The notes: generated from the sequence alone by a model not told the origin. A DNA stretch of 64,000 nt from Nitrospirota bacterium (GCA_963737155.1 CAVTRN010000002.1:2656001-2720000); one strand, 5' to 3'; counted from the first letter of the stretch, positions 9,689 through 19,787 are shown. Translations and numbers: made by a program.

Positions 9689-10805
9689 TTTATCAAGCGG
9701 CGTGCAGCCCCGCCCGACCAAGGGGACAGATAAGTTGTTAAACAAACTGTTCTTTCTCATACCACTGGGAGTCATTGTCAACGTCTTATTTTGTCTAACT
9801 GCCGTTGACCGAGTGGCGTTCCGTGCTGCATTGCACGTTACGCCGTCGTATCTGGCCATTGCCATGCTCCTAAGCATCGTGCCCTGGTTCACCTGTTCTC
9901 TCCGTCTGTTCCTCTGGAGTAAATTTCTCGGTGGGAAAATGCGCTATCGCGACACATTCAAAATAGCGCTCGGCGCCGAACTCAGCGCGGCTGTCTCTCC
10001 GCCGTTCATTGGCGGAAGCCCGGTAAAAATCGGAGTGCTTATGAGCCGGGGATTTTCCGCTGGCACCGCCTTTTCGCTTTCGGTACTGGAAAATTTTGAG
10101 GATGCTCTTTTTCTTCTCGTTATGGTGCCGATCATGCTCACCCTTTCGTCGGCATGGAATCTGCCGATCGTGAAAGACGGATTGAGCGGTTTAAAGCACG
10201 CGCATTTCTGGATGCCGCTGTTAGGAATTGTGGCCGCTTCCCTGCCAGTCGCTTTCCTATTCCGGTTTCAATTAGAAGGAATAAACCGACGGTTTCCCGT
10301 TGTTCGGGGCATAACCGTTCGGCTCATTTCTTCTTTTCGCCAATTTATCGAGACATACCGCGCCATCATCCGTACCGGAAAAACATTTTTTGCCATGACT
10401 ATGACATTGACGGCTGCGCAGTGGATATGCCGGTATTCAATTATCACTTTCCTGCTGATGGGCCTCGGCATTCCGGCCCAGCCGTTGCTGTTCATGGCGC
10501 TTCAGGTAGTCGTTTTTGTGCTCTTGGCATTTATTCCTACGCCCGGGGGAGCGGGCGGAGCAGAGGCCCTCTTCTATCTCACATATCGTTCTTTATTGCC
10601 AGCTAATGCGATAGGAATCGTGATCGCTGGCTGGCGTTTTCTTACATTTTACTTTTTGCTGCTTCTCGCCTCAATACTATTGCTAGTGTTTAACAGATGG
10701 ACAACCGCCGATGAATTGATAAAAATGAAAAATCTTAGTTCTGAAGATGATTCCTTAACCGTTAGAAGTTGCAGTTATGTTCCTGGAGGAAACAATATAG
10801 ATTGA
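9672..10805 (+). CDS. Lysylphosphatidylglycerol-synthase TM domain / flippase-like membrane protein (UPF0104)
   Basis: Multi-TM; P..GG.P, PTPGGAGGAE and WRFLTFY motifs. Confidence 0.85.
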   Translation: MRPAPDLSSGVQPRPTKGTDKLLNKLFFLIPLGVIVNVLFCLTAVDRVAFRAALHVTPSYLAIAMLLSIVPWFTCSLRLFLWSKFLGGKMRYRDTFKIALGAELSAAVSPPFIGGSPVKIGVLMSRGFSAGTAFSLSVLENFEDALFLLVMVPIMLTLSSAWNLPIVKDGLSGLKHAHFWMPLLGIVAASLPVAFLFRFQLEGINRRFPVVRGITVRLISSFRQFIETYRAIIRTGKTFFAMTMTLTAAQWICRYSIITFLLMGLGIPAQPLLFMALQVVVFVLLAFIPTPGGAGGAEALFYLTYRSLLPANAIGIVIAGWRFLTFYFLLLLASILLLVFNRWTTADELIKMKNLSSEDDSLTVRSCSYVPGGNNID

Positions 10806-11498
10806 CCGCGGGCAATCGCCAGCCTGACATCCTCCTCGGTCTAACGACAGAGGATTCCTGAATCTGGCCCTAGAGCTACTAAGAGTTACTGCTGATTCTC
10901 TTCGTACATGCGGCAGAGAGGCCTGTCGCATCGCGGTTTATAGGCTGATATAGAAATCCAGTTTTTATCCTGGCAAACCCGTTAATTGCGGGCTGTTCCA
11001 AGCAGCCACTACCCCAGCAGATAGCTTTTGTTAATTTCGGTACCGCACCGATTGCAGATATATAGAGCTGCGATACATACGGCTGGATTTTATTATGCAT
11101 TACACATGCAACAGACATAGCTCATGTAAGTTCTCCTCTATTTTCGCAAGGCGGATGTCTTTGAGTCTGGGGTACGCGAGTATCTTGGCGATCCGGCCTA
11201 ACGGACATTGGTGGAACTACTGGTTTCCGCCGTTTCTCTACTCTTTGCCTTCTCTGATGTCTTTGAAGTCCTTCATTACAATCGCGGAGACACCGCGCGA
11301 GCGTCTCCCTCGCCGACAAGAGACTTGGCAAAGCTATAGAACGTTGTAGGCTCAACCATATTATCTCAGTGTATCATATAGATGATCATTTGATCACTTA
11401 CTACAGAGACCATATTTACATATTTGATTCAGAATCATCGCATTATATCCCCGTCCTCTAGACATCGGGCTTGCGGTGCGGATGATAAAGGAGAGACC

Positions 11499-12344
11499 GT
11501 GAAACCAACACACAAACCGTCAGTTTACTCAGGAAAACCCACTTTGCAAGGCATGCCGACGGCTTGTCAAACATTGGACTCTCCACCGCTAAACACGTTC
11601 AGTACACCCGACCGGCAAGGTGACTCAGGCCTGTTTAGGGAATACTCGACCGTTGTAACTCGGACAACACGCGACGCATGTTCGGCACGCTATGAAATCC
11701 TCGACACGGCAGAACGTATAGGAATGGCATACCAGAAAGGAGAACTCGTAAGCGCTCGGGAAAAGCTCTCGCTTCTCATAGGAGATACGGCAACACTTTC
11801 CACGGTAATTTCTAAAATTCTTGATTTTGCGATGATCGAGGCCGAGTCTTCAGAACCAGTGTATGAACGATTCAACATCACAGCACTTCTGCACGAAGTT
11901 ACACAGATGGGGCGTTTAATGGCCGCCAAAAAACCGATAACTGTTATGGACGTTTCGACCCTAGCTCCAATTGTCATTGAATCGAACCCCAGCATGATAT
12001 TCCGAATTATGACAGAGCTTATAGGCAATGCGGTTAAGTTTACCGACCGAGGCCGTGTGACCATAATCCTGTGCAATGAAGATGAACTTCTACGACTAAC
12101 CGTTGCGGACAATGGCAAAGGGATGACACATGAGCAGGTCCATGCCCTTTTTGGCACCTCCTATCGCGCGAACAATACTGAAGTGCAGGGGCAGGAAAAG
12201 TTCGGCCTAGGCCTCCGCATAGTCAAAAAATTGGTCAAGCGATTGGGTGGCAGCATTTCCGCGGCTAGTAAGATGGGAGAAGGAACAATCGTCGAGGTCA
12301 CGCTCCCGTTGAAAACTATGAACAGGTCTGAGTCGTGCGGATGA
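11499..12344 (+). CDS. Histidine-kinase-like ATPase protein with degenerate H-box
   Basis: N (ELIGNAVKFT), G1 (DNGKG) and G2 (GLGL, GEGT) boxes. AAGGAG RBS before GTG 11499. No His in the HisKA-like helix. Confidence 0.75.
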   Translation: MKPTHKPSVYSGKPTLQGMPTACQTLDSPPLNTFSTPDRQGDSGLFREYSTVVTRTTRDACSARYEILDTAERIGMAYQKGELVSAREKLSLLIGDTATLSTVISKILDFAMIEAESSEPVYERFNITALLHEVTQMGRLMAAKKPITVMDVSTLAPIVIESNPSMIFRIMTELIGNAVKFTDRGRVTIILCNEDELLRLTVADNGKGMTHEQVHALFGTSYRANNTEVQGQEKFGLGLRIVKKLVKRLGGSISAASKMGEGTIVEVTLPLKTMNRSESCG

Positions 12345-12715
12345 GGAGAAACAAATGACGGCAAGGTCTTATTGCGGATAGTAGTCGGCTTTGACAAAGA
12401 CCGACCATCAAGAAGAAGGACAAATCGGGAAATGAGCAGGTCAGACAGATGGGAACATGCAAAATGCGGTCGGCGCCTAGGAGGAGCGTAAACAAAGGAC
12501 TTGGTGATGTGTCCCGTGGCAATGTATCGGGAATCTCACGGCACTCAATAAGAGGAATAAAGGCAGACAGGGCCTTTTAGGTCGTGGCTGGGATGCTGTG
12601 CGGCGGAAGGGCCCAGAAGTTCGCTGCGCAGAATCTATCGTAATGCTGGCGCCGTGTTTAAAAAAACAATCCAATTTCTACCATCTGCTATTTTATTGAT
12701 TGGCTAACAGATAAT

Positions 12716-12888
12716 GTTCAGGACATCGTGGACTCCTCTGTTTTACTTGATATCAGAATGAGTGCAGAGAAATGCTTTCAACTTTATCAGCATTGAGCAA
12801 AATCGCCTTATCCCTTACATGTTACCGTATTAAGCAGTTGCGATTACACGATGTTGTGAATGTTTTTTGTGTCCACGATGTCCTGAAC
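12716..12888. repeat. Perfect 18-bp inverted repeat around a 137-bp spacer
   Basis: GTTCAGGACATCGTGGAC at 12716-12733 and GTCCACGATGTCCTGAAC at 12871-12888. Confidence 0.8.
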
Positions 12889-12905
12889 GTTGTCAGCTAA
12901 CTATT

Positions 12906-13241
12906 TTATTGTCTATTTATGATAAATTCCGGTTGGAACGAGCATTGAATGTCTACATTCCCCACGTCAGCGCTGGAAACGGTCCCAATGGCTTTCGTTA
13001 CCATACAAAACTGCGTTTCGGGTTGGTTTTTTACCGTGACATTGTAATTTTCTCCGTCAGCAATGGCTGTCGGAAAAGTGAAAGAAGTACTGTTTGCTGA
13101 AATCACAAGATCATCACAGCCGTTATTCTGAAGTACAAGTCCGTCGACGAAAAGGGCGGATATAGTACCACCTACCGTATAGTCGTGTAAATTTCTGCTG
13201 TTACCAGGCGCTCCGCTGCCGCAGGCAGGGAGCACAAGCAA
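12906..13241 (-). CDS. Small putative lipoprotein with a single beta-rich surface module (possibly truncated)
   Basis: LPAC lipobox-like site, then YTVGGTIS.L...LVLQNNG..FTF...YNVTV..QP..Q.C.V...GTV...V.NVDIQC, a module usually repeated in surface lipoproteins. The N-terminus appears frameshifted. Confidence 0.6.
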   Translation of the reverse strand: MLVLPACGSGAPGNSRNLHDYTVGGTISALFVDGLVLQNNGCDDLVISANSTSFTFPTAIADGENYNVTVKNQPETQFCMVTKAIGTVSSADVGNVDIQCSFQPEFIINRQ

Positions 13242-13550
13242 ACCTGAGATAACCAGATCCGAAACAGCCCACCTGTTCTCATATCAATCCTTATATTATT
13301 CCTCAAGTTGCAATTCCCATCACACAAGGAGCGCTGAACGCCCGCGAGTCTCTCCGTGACAACCGCTAAACAGGCATAGTGCATCGCGGGATCGATAGTT
13401 TTTCCCACTATTTAGGATCACCCGCCCACCATTATCCTCTGTGCCGCAAACCCCGTTTCTTAATGGCGGGGGCATAAGGCGCCGGTTGTAATGCAGCCAA
13501 TTGAGAATTTTAGCAAAAGCTATGAAATATTCGCTTCTCTGGCACAATTA

Positions 13551-14665
13551 TTAATCGTCTCATAATAGTATTAACACTAATTATGCCGCATACTTTGTTG
13601 TTTCGTTATTAAAGTAAGCGCGCACACGATCAGGAGACTTTTGGATAAACCTCAAAGGACTGACTACTGCACCATGTAATTGTTCCGGTGAACTAATTGC
13701 CTGACGACCAACTGCATTGTTCTTCAGGTCATTCCAGACTCTCTCATCGGGATTCAGCTCTGGAGAATACGGCGGTAAAAAGAACAGACGAAACTTTTCC
13801 TTAATGGTTTCAATATAGTTAGAAACCTTGCGAGACTTGTGTGACGGATGACCATCAACGATGAGAAATATCATCCGTTTGCTGCCTTGAATAAGCCGCT
13901 TTATGAATTCAATAAATTGCTGCGACGCTACGCGACCTTTGACTACCATGAACCTAAATTCGCCTTGTGCACTAACAGCCGAAATCATATTCAATCCGAA
14001 GCGCGCTCCTGTGCTGCTCACAATCGGGGTCTCACCCTTCATGGCCCAAGTGGTGCCCGCATGATGATCAGAGCGAACGCCAGCTTCATCTCCAAAGAAG
14101 ATTTGAGCCTTCATGCGACGCGCCATGCTTCGTATCCGAGGATACTCCTTCTCCAGCCACTCCTGAACCGCTGCCGGCTTTTGCTGATAGGCACGCCAAA
14201 CAGGACGCTGTGGAGTCAATCCCAACTGTCCCAGCAAACGACAAACGGATGCTTTGCTCAATCTCATACCAAATCGCTTATATATTACCTGCCCAATGAT
14301 CTTCGCTGTCCACAGGGCATAGGTAAACTTCAACTGAAGCGGATTTTTCGTGGTCACAGTACGATAAACCCATTCTATAGCCTTAGCATCCATTTTTGGC
14401 GGGCGACCGCCTCGTTTGTTGGCATCAAGAGCACCCCAGCCCCCGTTTCGATATCGTGCCAACCAGCCATAGATGGTGACGCGATTTATACCCAGGGCTT
14501 TGGCCACCAGTTCGGGGCTTTGTCCTTCCTGGACACTATTTACCGCACGCTTTCTGAGCTCAGTCAGAGTTTTATGGTCAAGATTTCTCGCATCTGCTTT
14601 TTTCTTCATGAAAATAACTATACCACAGATGCAAGATTATGTCAATACTATTATGAGACGGTTAA
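13551..14665 (-). mobile_element. IS630-family insertion sequence
   Basis: 26-bp imperfect terminal IRs TTAAYCGTCTCATAATAGTATTRACA at 13551-13576 and 14640-14665, flanked by duplicated TA. Confidence 0.92.
13581..14609 (-). CDS. IS630-family transposase
   Basis: N-terminal HTH; DDE motifs FGDE, IVDG...H, LPPYSPELNPDE. Confidence 0.95.
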   Translation of the reverse strand: MKKKADARNLDHKTLTELRKRAVNSVQEGQSPELVAKALGINRVTIYGWLARYRNGGWGALDANKRGGRPPKMDAKAIEWVYRTVTTKNPLQLKFTYALWTAKIIGQVIYKRFGMRLSKASVCRLLGQLGLTPQRPVWRAYQQKPAAVQEWLEKEYPRIRSMARRMKAQIFFGDEAGVRSDHHAGTTWAMKGETPIVSSTGARFGLNMISAVSAQGEFRFMVVKGRVASQQFIEFIKRLIQGSKRMIFLIVDGHPSHKSRKVSNYIETIKEKFRLFFLPPYSPELNPDERVWNDLKNNAVGRQAISSPEQLHGAVVSPLRFIQKSPDRVRAYFNNETTKYAA

Positions 14666-14892
14666 TAATAAACAACATTTACTTCGGAAGCTATATGTCT
14701 TACCGCATCATCACCGTCCCGGTTATGAGTTTGGTATACATACAGCATGCAGGCACCATGATAGTTCCAAGCATTTTTATAAATACACCCCTCGTTTTTT
14801 GGAAAATCAGAGAGCTTCACAAAACAGAATATATTAATTTAAAACCACCAAAACTCTTTTTGGCCTCAGAAGGGTCCCCCATGCCCGATGCG

Positions 14893-14986
14893 AAAAAAGC
14901 ACGTCAAAAACAGGATGCGAGCGCATCTCCCCACTTCGGCCATTCTGGTGCCCGTCATGTACATGCCAGCAGCAAAGAACACTGAT
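14893..14986 (-). ncRNA. Candidate cis-regulatory RNA motif, copy D (degenerate), followed by a U-tract
   Basis: AUCAGUGUUCUUUGCUG-stem-GCACCAGAAUGGCCGA...GAUGC...GCUUUUUU, colinear with copy A at 62670-62760. Confidence 0.5.
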
Positions 14987-15123
14987 CATTTGTTCTTCAA
15001 TATTTCTTCGAACTGTTCCACTAGCTCGACAGTCCCACGGTTGAACTTAATCTTGATCGAGCCCGTGAACTTCCTGTCCATGAGTGTCTTGATAAAACCA
15101 ATGATCTTTGTCAGTTTTTCCAT
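14986..15123 (-). CDS. 45-aa small protein, YezD/DUF2292-like; not in ORF track
   Basis: MEKLTKIIGFIKTLMDRKFTGSIKIKFNRGTVELVEQFEEILKNK with AAGGTGGAG RBS; paralogue of 59135-59335. Confidence 0.75.
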   Translation of the reverse strand: MEKLTKIIGFIKTLMDRKFTGSIKIKFNRGTVELVEQFEEILKNK

Positions 15124-15396
15124 CACTCCACCTTTTGTGCCCGCAATTTTGGATTATTATTGAGCCCTGTTGCACAAATCCCATGACATTAGTATGCGAA
15201 TTATAGAATATTTGGCCATCACAAATCAGGGAGATGAATGATGGCCTATAATTCCAAGGAATGTAACCACGAACAGACCTATCTTCTGGCACCCGTATCG
15301 CAAAGGTCGCAAGATTCTGAGCGGGAATCTGGTTCTGATCGATTACGCTATATCGCCGATAAAGTCTTCTGGGCTGACTGTTTTATTATGAGACCG

Positions 15397-16221
15397 TTAA
15401 TAACAGCGGTTCAAGACCAGCCCCAGAATCTTTTCCTTCGGAAGATACCGAAGAGCCTTCTTGACGTCGTCCTTTGAAGTCTTGCCAGCCTGAACAACGA
15501 CAAGGATCTTGTCTACCAGAGGCGCCATCGTCAGCACGTCGGCACCGGTTAGGATGGGAGGCACGTCGAAGATTATATACCGTTCAGGATAGCGGCTCTT
15601 TACGCTTGATACCAGCTCCTTCATGCGGGGAGAACCGAGGATCTCGGAGCTTTCATGCTGCAGGCGGCCGCCGGAAATAATCGTCATTTTCTCTATGCCG
15701 GTCCATGTGACCAGCTCTGAAACGGGCGAGCGGCCGGCAAGGTAATCCATGAGCCCCTTTTCTCCCCCGCAGCCCAGGTATTTATGGATGCTCTGCTTTC
15801 TCAAATCGCCGTCGACCAGCATGACTGTATGCTGGAACTCCCGCGCGATGGCGATGGCGAGATTGATGGCGGTGACGGTCTTTCCCTCGCCCGGGAGTGC
15901 GCTGGTAACCATGATCGTGTTGGCGCCCGAGTCTCTTGTCCGCTGCAGGACCTGCGTTCGCAATATCCTGAAGGACTCCGCCTCCCTGGTGTTGTCCAGA
16001 TACAGGAGACAGCGGTTTCTGGCGAGAAGCAGCGGGTCCAGAATGACCGACTGTGACTGGACATACGCCGGCGATATCCATCCAGACTGTTCCTTGTACT
16101 GTTCAGAGGCAGTATCCCAGAGGGAAGGCGGCGGTTTTTTCAGGTGCCCATTTCTGCCATTCTGTCTGATAAGGGCGATCGCTTCCTTGATCTTGTGCAT
16201 CATCGGTTCTCTCCTTCGCAC
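15397..16221 (-). CDS. BY-kinase / CpsD-CapB family polysaccharide tyrosine autokinase
   Basis: ESFRILRT, TSALPGEGKT (Walker A), VDGDLR, IFDVPP. Confidence 0.92.
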   Translation of the reverse strand: MRRREPMMHKIKEAIALIRQNGRNGHLKKPPPSLWDTASEQYKEQSGWISPAYVQSQSVILDPLLLARNRCLLYLDNTREAESFRILRTQVLQRTRDSGANTIMVTSALPGEGKTVTAINLAIAIAREFQHTVMLVDGDLRKQSIHKYLGCGGEKGLMDYLAGRSPVSELVTWTGIEKMTIISGGRLQHESSEILGSPRMKELVSSVKSRYPERYIIFDVPPILTGADVLTMAPLVDKILVVVQAGKTSKDDVKKALRYLPKEKILGLVLNRCY

Positions 16222-16234
16222 CAGAGCAGCTTCG

Positions 16235-17806
16235 TTACATGGTCGTATATTTCATTATACGGATCCAGAGGATATCAATATCCATCACAAAGAAATGGAT
16301 GATCAGGACACTGATCAGTATGAAGAGAAACGAAGAGACAACGACTATTCTAAACCGTTTTTTATTGCGCAGTTCGTCCTCAAGCGTGACGATCTCCGGA
16401 ATCTCCGCCAAGACGGGGAAAGCGAAATTCCTTGTCAGATCTTCCGCATTTCGGGCAGATCGGTCGGATACCTCCTGGAGAGATGCAAGCCCCACTCCGG
16501 ATGCGATACCGAGAATGAGCCCGATCAGAAGGACGACCGGTCGGTTCGGACGTACTGCTTTTTCGGGGAGCTTGGCCGGATCGATCAGCGTGAACCGTTC
16601 ACCCATCTGCTGCTTTTCCAGTCCAGAGGCCACTTTGGCTTCCATATACTTTTTCATGAGATCGTCATATTTAGCCTGGGTGTTGTTCCGTTCTACCATC
16701 AGGTCCTTGAACCCCTCCTCTACTTTGGGAGATGCTTCCAGCCTGCGCTGAAAATCTTTCCGCTTCAGATTAATGCCCTCGATTTGCAACTTGATGGACT
16801 TGATATCCGCCTGAACGCCGGCCAGATCCGAGGAGATCGAAACGTAAGCGGGATTGTCCGGTTTTTTCTCAACCGTGGGTTCGCTCACTTTTTCCTGGAG
16901 CCTCTTTTCTAAAACAGCGATCTCCGACTTGGTTTTGATCACGTCGGGGAATTCCTCGGAATACCTCGCCTTCAGGTCGACCAGGGCAACACGCAGTTCC
17001 TTCAGCCGATCCTTGTCCTGGTTGGTCGCATCCGGCGCCATTGTGGCCAGTTCTGATTGGTAGTATTTCTCCTTATCCCGAAGTGCACGGAGTTGCTCGT
17101 TCAACTGATCCCAGTTCCGCTCATCCCAATCCAGTGATTGCAGGTTGAATTGTAGCAGCTCGGGCAGCGCCCTATTGTGCTGCTCCTTGTAAACCGCGAT
17201 TTTCCTTTCCAGATCGACAAGTTCGGCCTGAACGGACTTCATTTCCTCATCCAGAAATTTTGTCGTACCTTCCGTCTGCTGTCCCACAACCTTCATGTTC
17301 TCCTCGAGATAGAGGGATGCGAGCTCCGTCGCGACCTGCTGGACCACCTGGGGATTATGTCCCTCGTAGGAGACGGTAAATGCGATAGTAGCAGCGGTTT
17401 TCTGTCCCGTTCTCCGGTCGATGACGTCGGCCATTATGGTGTCAAACTTAATGTCCTTTTTTTTCATGTTATCGATGATCTCTTCCGTCGTCAGCTTGTC
17501 CCGCTTATCTGCATATAGGTTGAATCGGTTGATGATCTCGAGCAGCCGACCAGCGCTCATAATCCGCTGGTTGATGATTTGCAGCCGCTGTTCCGCGTAG
17601 CTCGTCACAGCCGCCATCACGTACTCTCGGGAGATTTCCTGCTCCTCAATCAGAATCGTGGACGTGGAACGATAGACAGGCTTCCAGATCAGGATAACCA
17701 GCACGGAGAGCAGAGGGACGATCAGTGCTGGCATAATAAGCGCCCAGCGCCGCCTTTTGATGATCCTGATCACATCTTTGGTACTTGTTATTTTGGCTTC
17801 CTCCAT
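16235..17806 (-). CDS. Polysaccharide co-polymerase / chain-length determinant (Wzz/GumC family)
   Basis: N-terminal TM, PVYRS, coiled coil, IDPA.LPEK...PNR, C-terminal TMs. Confidence 0.9.
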   Translation of the reverse strand: MEEAKITSTKDVIRIIKRRRWALIMPALIVPLLSVLVILIWKPVYRSTSTILIEEQEISREYVMAAVTSYAEQRLQIINQRIMSAGRLLEIINRFNLYADKRDKLTTEEIIDNMKKKDIKFDTIMADVIDRRTGQKTAATIAFTVSYEGHNPQVVQQVATELASLYLEENMKVVGQQTEGTTKFLDEEMKSVQAELVDLERKIAVYKEQHNRALPELLQFNLQSLDWDERNWDQLNEQLRALRDKEKYYQSELATMAPDATNQDKDRLKELRVALVDLKARYSEEFPDVIKTKSEIAVLEKRLQEKVSEPTVEKKPDNPAYVSISSDLAGVQADIKSIKLQIEGINLKRKDFQRRLEASPKVEEGFKDLMVERNNTQAKYDDLMKKYMEAKVASGLEKQQMGERFTLIDPAKLPEKAVRPNRPVVLLIGLILGIASGVGLASLQEVSDRSARNAEDLTRNFAFPVLAEIPEIVTLEDELRNKKRFRIVVVSSFLFILISVLIIHFFVMDIDILWIRIMKYTTM

Positions 17807-17823
17807 AATAGACGCTCCTGTGA

Positions 17824-19194
17824 TTATTTGTACTGGCACGAGCTGCAGTACGGGAATCGGGCTGTCAAACGGATATAGTACAACTGTCTGTTCGCTTCGG
17901 TACTCGCTGCCTGATAACCGATCCTGATCTGTTGGTAGGTCGCCTCGAGCGCCAGGTCCTGCGAGAAATCGTATCGGATGAGCGGTGAGAAGCTGATGTT
18001 CTGCTGATTGATGACAACGGCCGCATTCTGTTCAGGCGACCGGTACGTAGTGTACTCGGCAGTCAGTGATGCCGACAGTTCATAGGTAATTCTGTACCTG
18101 GCCGTGAACTGCAGGTCGTTCTCATCGGTTGCGGACTGGAGACCCGAGGCCAGTGTAAGATTCTTAGTATACGAAATCTGGGCATCCGTATATTCGTCCT
18201 TATAGTTCAGGGAAAGGTTACCAACCTGACCCCAAGCGGCATTGTTTAGCCTCACCGCGGCCACGACGAACGAAGTAGGAGGCGTCTGACTGCCCAAGGG
18301 AACCAACACGTCCAAAAATTGATCCGACACAGTTCGGCGAAGACCGCCTTCCGCGAGAATACTCCATGTCTCGCTGATATTGTAGGAAAAACCAATAGAA
18401 CCCTCAACATTGCTTGTTCTCGCGTCAGGTACAAGATACTGGCTGTAGTCCACGTTCATTATGCCTTTCACCTGAGGAAGATACGTGCCGAGATCGGTTA
18501 CAAGTCCCAACTGCACGTCGTTGGATGTGTCGCGATACCGAGGTTGTTCATACGTGCTCCCGACGTATTGGTACTGGCCCGTGAGTAATGTCTTTTCCGT
18601 CAGTTGATAGCCTGCGGATTCCGACGACGTGATACTCTTCACAGGCAATGCCGCGAGAGGAAATGCGGGGCCTGCAGAAATAACTCCGCTGGTATTGGCG
18701 TTGGAGTTGGGGTTGCTGGCCGGTGGGGAAGATGTTACCGGTTCCGGTTCGGGAGGGCTGGTAGGAGTCGTAATTACCGTTCCAGGCGGTGGTCCAGGAA
18801 AAGCCGGCCCTGTCTCCAAGCTCAGATTGGCATCCCTTATATATCCCGCTCCCGCAGAGACATTGAGCAGCGGTGTAACTGCATACCGTACGGTGCCATT
18901 GTACGACTCATTGGTCGCACTTAGATAATCGTATTTGGAGTATTGCATCCGGTCCAACCGAAGCGACAGCAAGGAATCAAGGCGTTCGGTCTTGTTGGTC
19001 AGATCGAACCCGGGCGAAATGGTCGTAATATAATCCTTTATTACACCGTCCGCCTCGGGGACCAGCAGGATGTTGCTGTTATATTGCTCCATCAAGGCAA
19101 CGGACGGAATAAAGCATAATTCATCACCCCGCGCGATCGCCGGGCAGACCAGCAGGAGCAGGACGAGCATTATGGAGCATCCGGCGTTTATCAC
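17824..19194 (-). CDS. EPS-associated outer-membrane beta-barrel protein
   Basis: Signal peptide, EQYNSNI..DYITTISPG start, alternating beta strands, position next to wza. Confidence 0.75.
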   Translation of the reverse strand: MINAGCSIMLVLLLLVCPAIARGDELCFIPSVALMEQYNSNILLVPEADGVIKDYITTISPGFDLTNKTERLDSLLSLRLDRMQYSKYDYLSATNESYNGTVRYAVTPLLNVSAGAGYIRDANLSLETGPAFPGPPPGTVITTPTSPPEPEPVTSSPPASNPNSNANTSGVISAGPAFPLAALPVKSITSSESAGYQLTEKTLLTGQYQYVGSTYEQPRYRDTSNDVQLGLVTDLGTYLPQVKGIMNVDYSQYLVPDARTSNVEGSIGFSYNISETWSILAEGGLRRTVSDQFLDVLVPLGSQTPPTSFVVAAVRLNNAAWGQVGNLSLNYKDEYTDAQISYTKNLTLASGLQSATDENDLQFTARYRITYELSASLTAEYTTYRSPEQNAAVVINQQNISFSPLIRYDFSQDLALEATYQQIRIGYQAASTEANRQLYYIRLTARFPYCSSCQYK

Positions 19195-19787
19195 GGGATG
19201 ACCACGACATCGCCTCGCCTGAGATGGATGTTCTGTTCCAGGTGCTTTCCATCCACGACTGCATCATAATCGAAGGGGAAAATCGTAGTCTCGTCACTGC
19301 CGCTTCGGAATATTTTTATCTTGCGCCCTTTAGCAAAAACATTGAGCCCCCCCGCCGTGGCCAACGCCTGCAGGACGGTCACATCAACGCCCAGGGTGAA
19401 CCGGCCGGGATTATTCACCTTGCCAATGACATATACAATCAGGCTGTTGACCTGCTTTACGTCAATGAGAAGGACGACTCCCGGAACATAACGATTCAGT
19501 TTGACTTCCATCTCCGATTTCAGTTTGGGTATAGTCTTTCCCGCCGCGGGTATATCTCCAATAAGCGGGAACGAGATGAACCCGTCAGGCCTGACCACAC
19601 AGGTTCTTGTCAAGGCCTCGTCCTTCCATACGGATACCTCCAGGACATCGCTCGGACCGATAAGATAGCCCTGTCCCATGCTCTCTTCACTCGCCGGCTG
19701 CATCGGTTCGGTCAATCCCGCGGAAAAAACTGGAGACCAGACGCCAAGCAGTCCGACTATCACCAGCGCTAGTATTTTACGCATCAT
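19191..19787 (-). CDS. wza: Polysaccharide export protein (Wza/Poly_export + SLBB)
   Basis: YLIGP.DVL.VSVWK, VRPDG.ISFPLIG, L..GDVVVIP. Confidence 0.9.
   Translation of the reverse strand: MMRKILALVIVGLLGVWSPVFSAGLTEPMQPASEESMGQGYLIGPSDVLEVSVWKDEALTRTCVVRPDGFISFPLIGDIPAAGKTIPKLKSEMEVKLNRYVPGVVLLIDVKQVNSLIVYVIGKVNNPGRFTLGVDVTVLQALATAGGLNVFAKGRKIKIFRSGSDETTIFPFDYDAVVDGKHLEQNIHLRRGDVVVIP

Noticed and set aside
10828-11349. IS200/IS605-like hairpin at 10833-10854 and faint TnpA-like peptide (FPP..SL..LKS)
   Set aside because: No HUH motif or second end could be identified; evidence too weak.
13848-14985. Long + strand ORFs of 329 and 170 aa
   Set aside because: Antisense shadows of the IS630 transposase.
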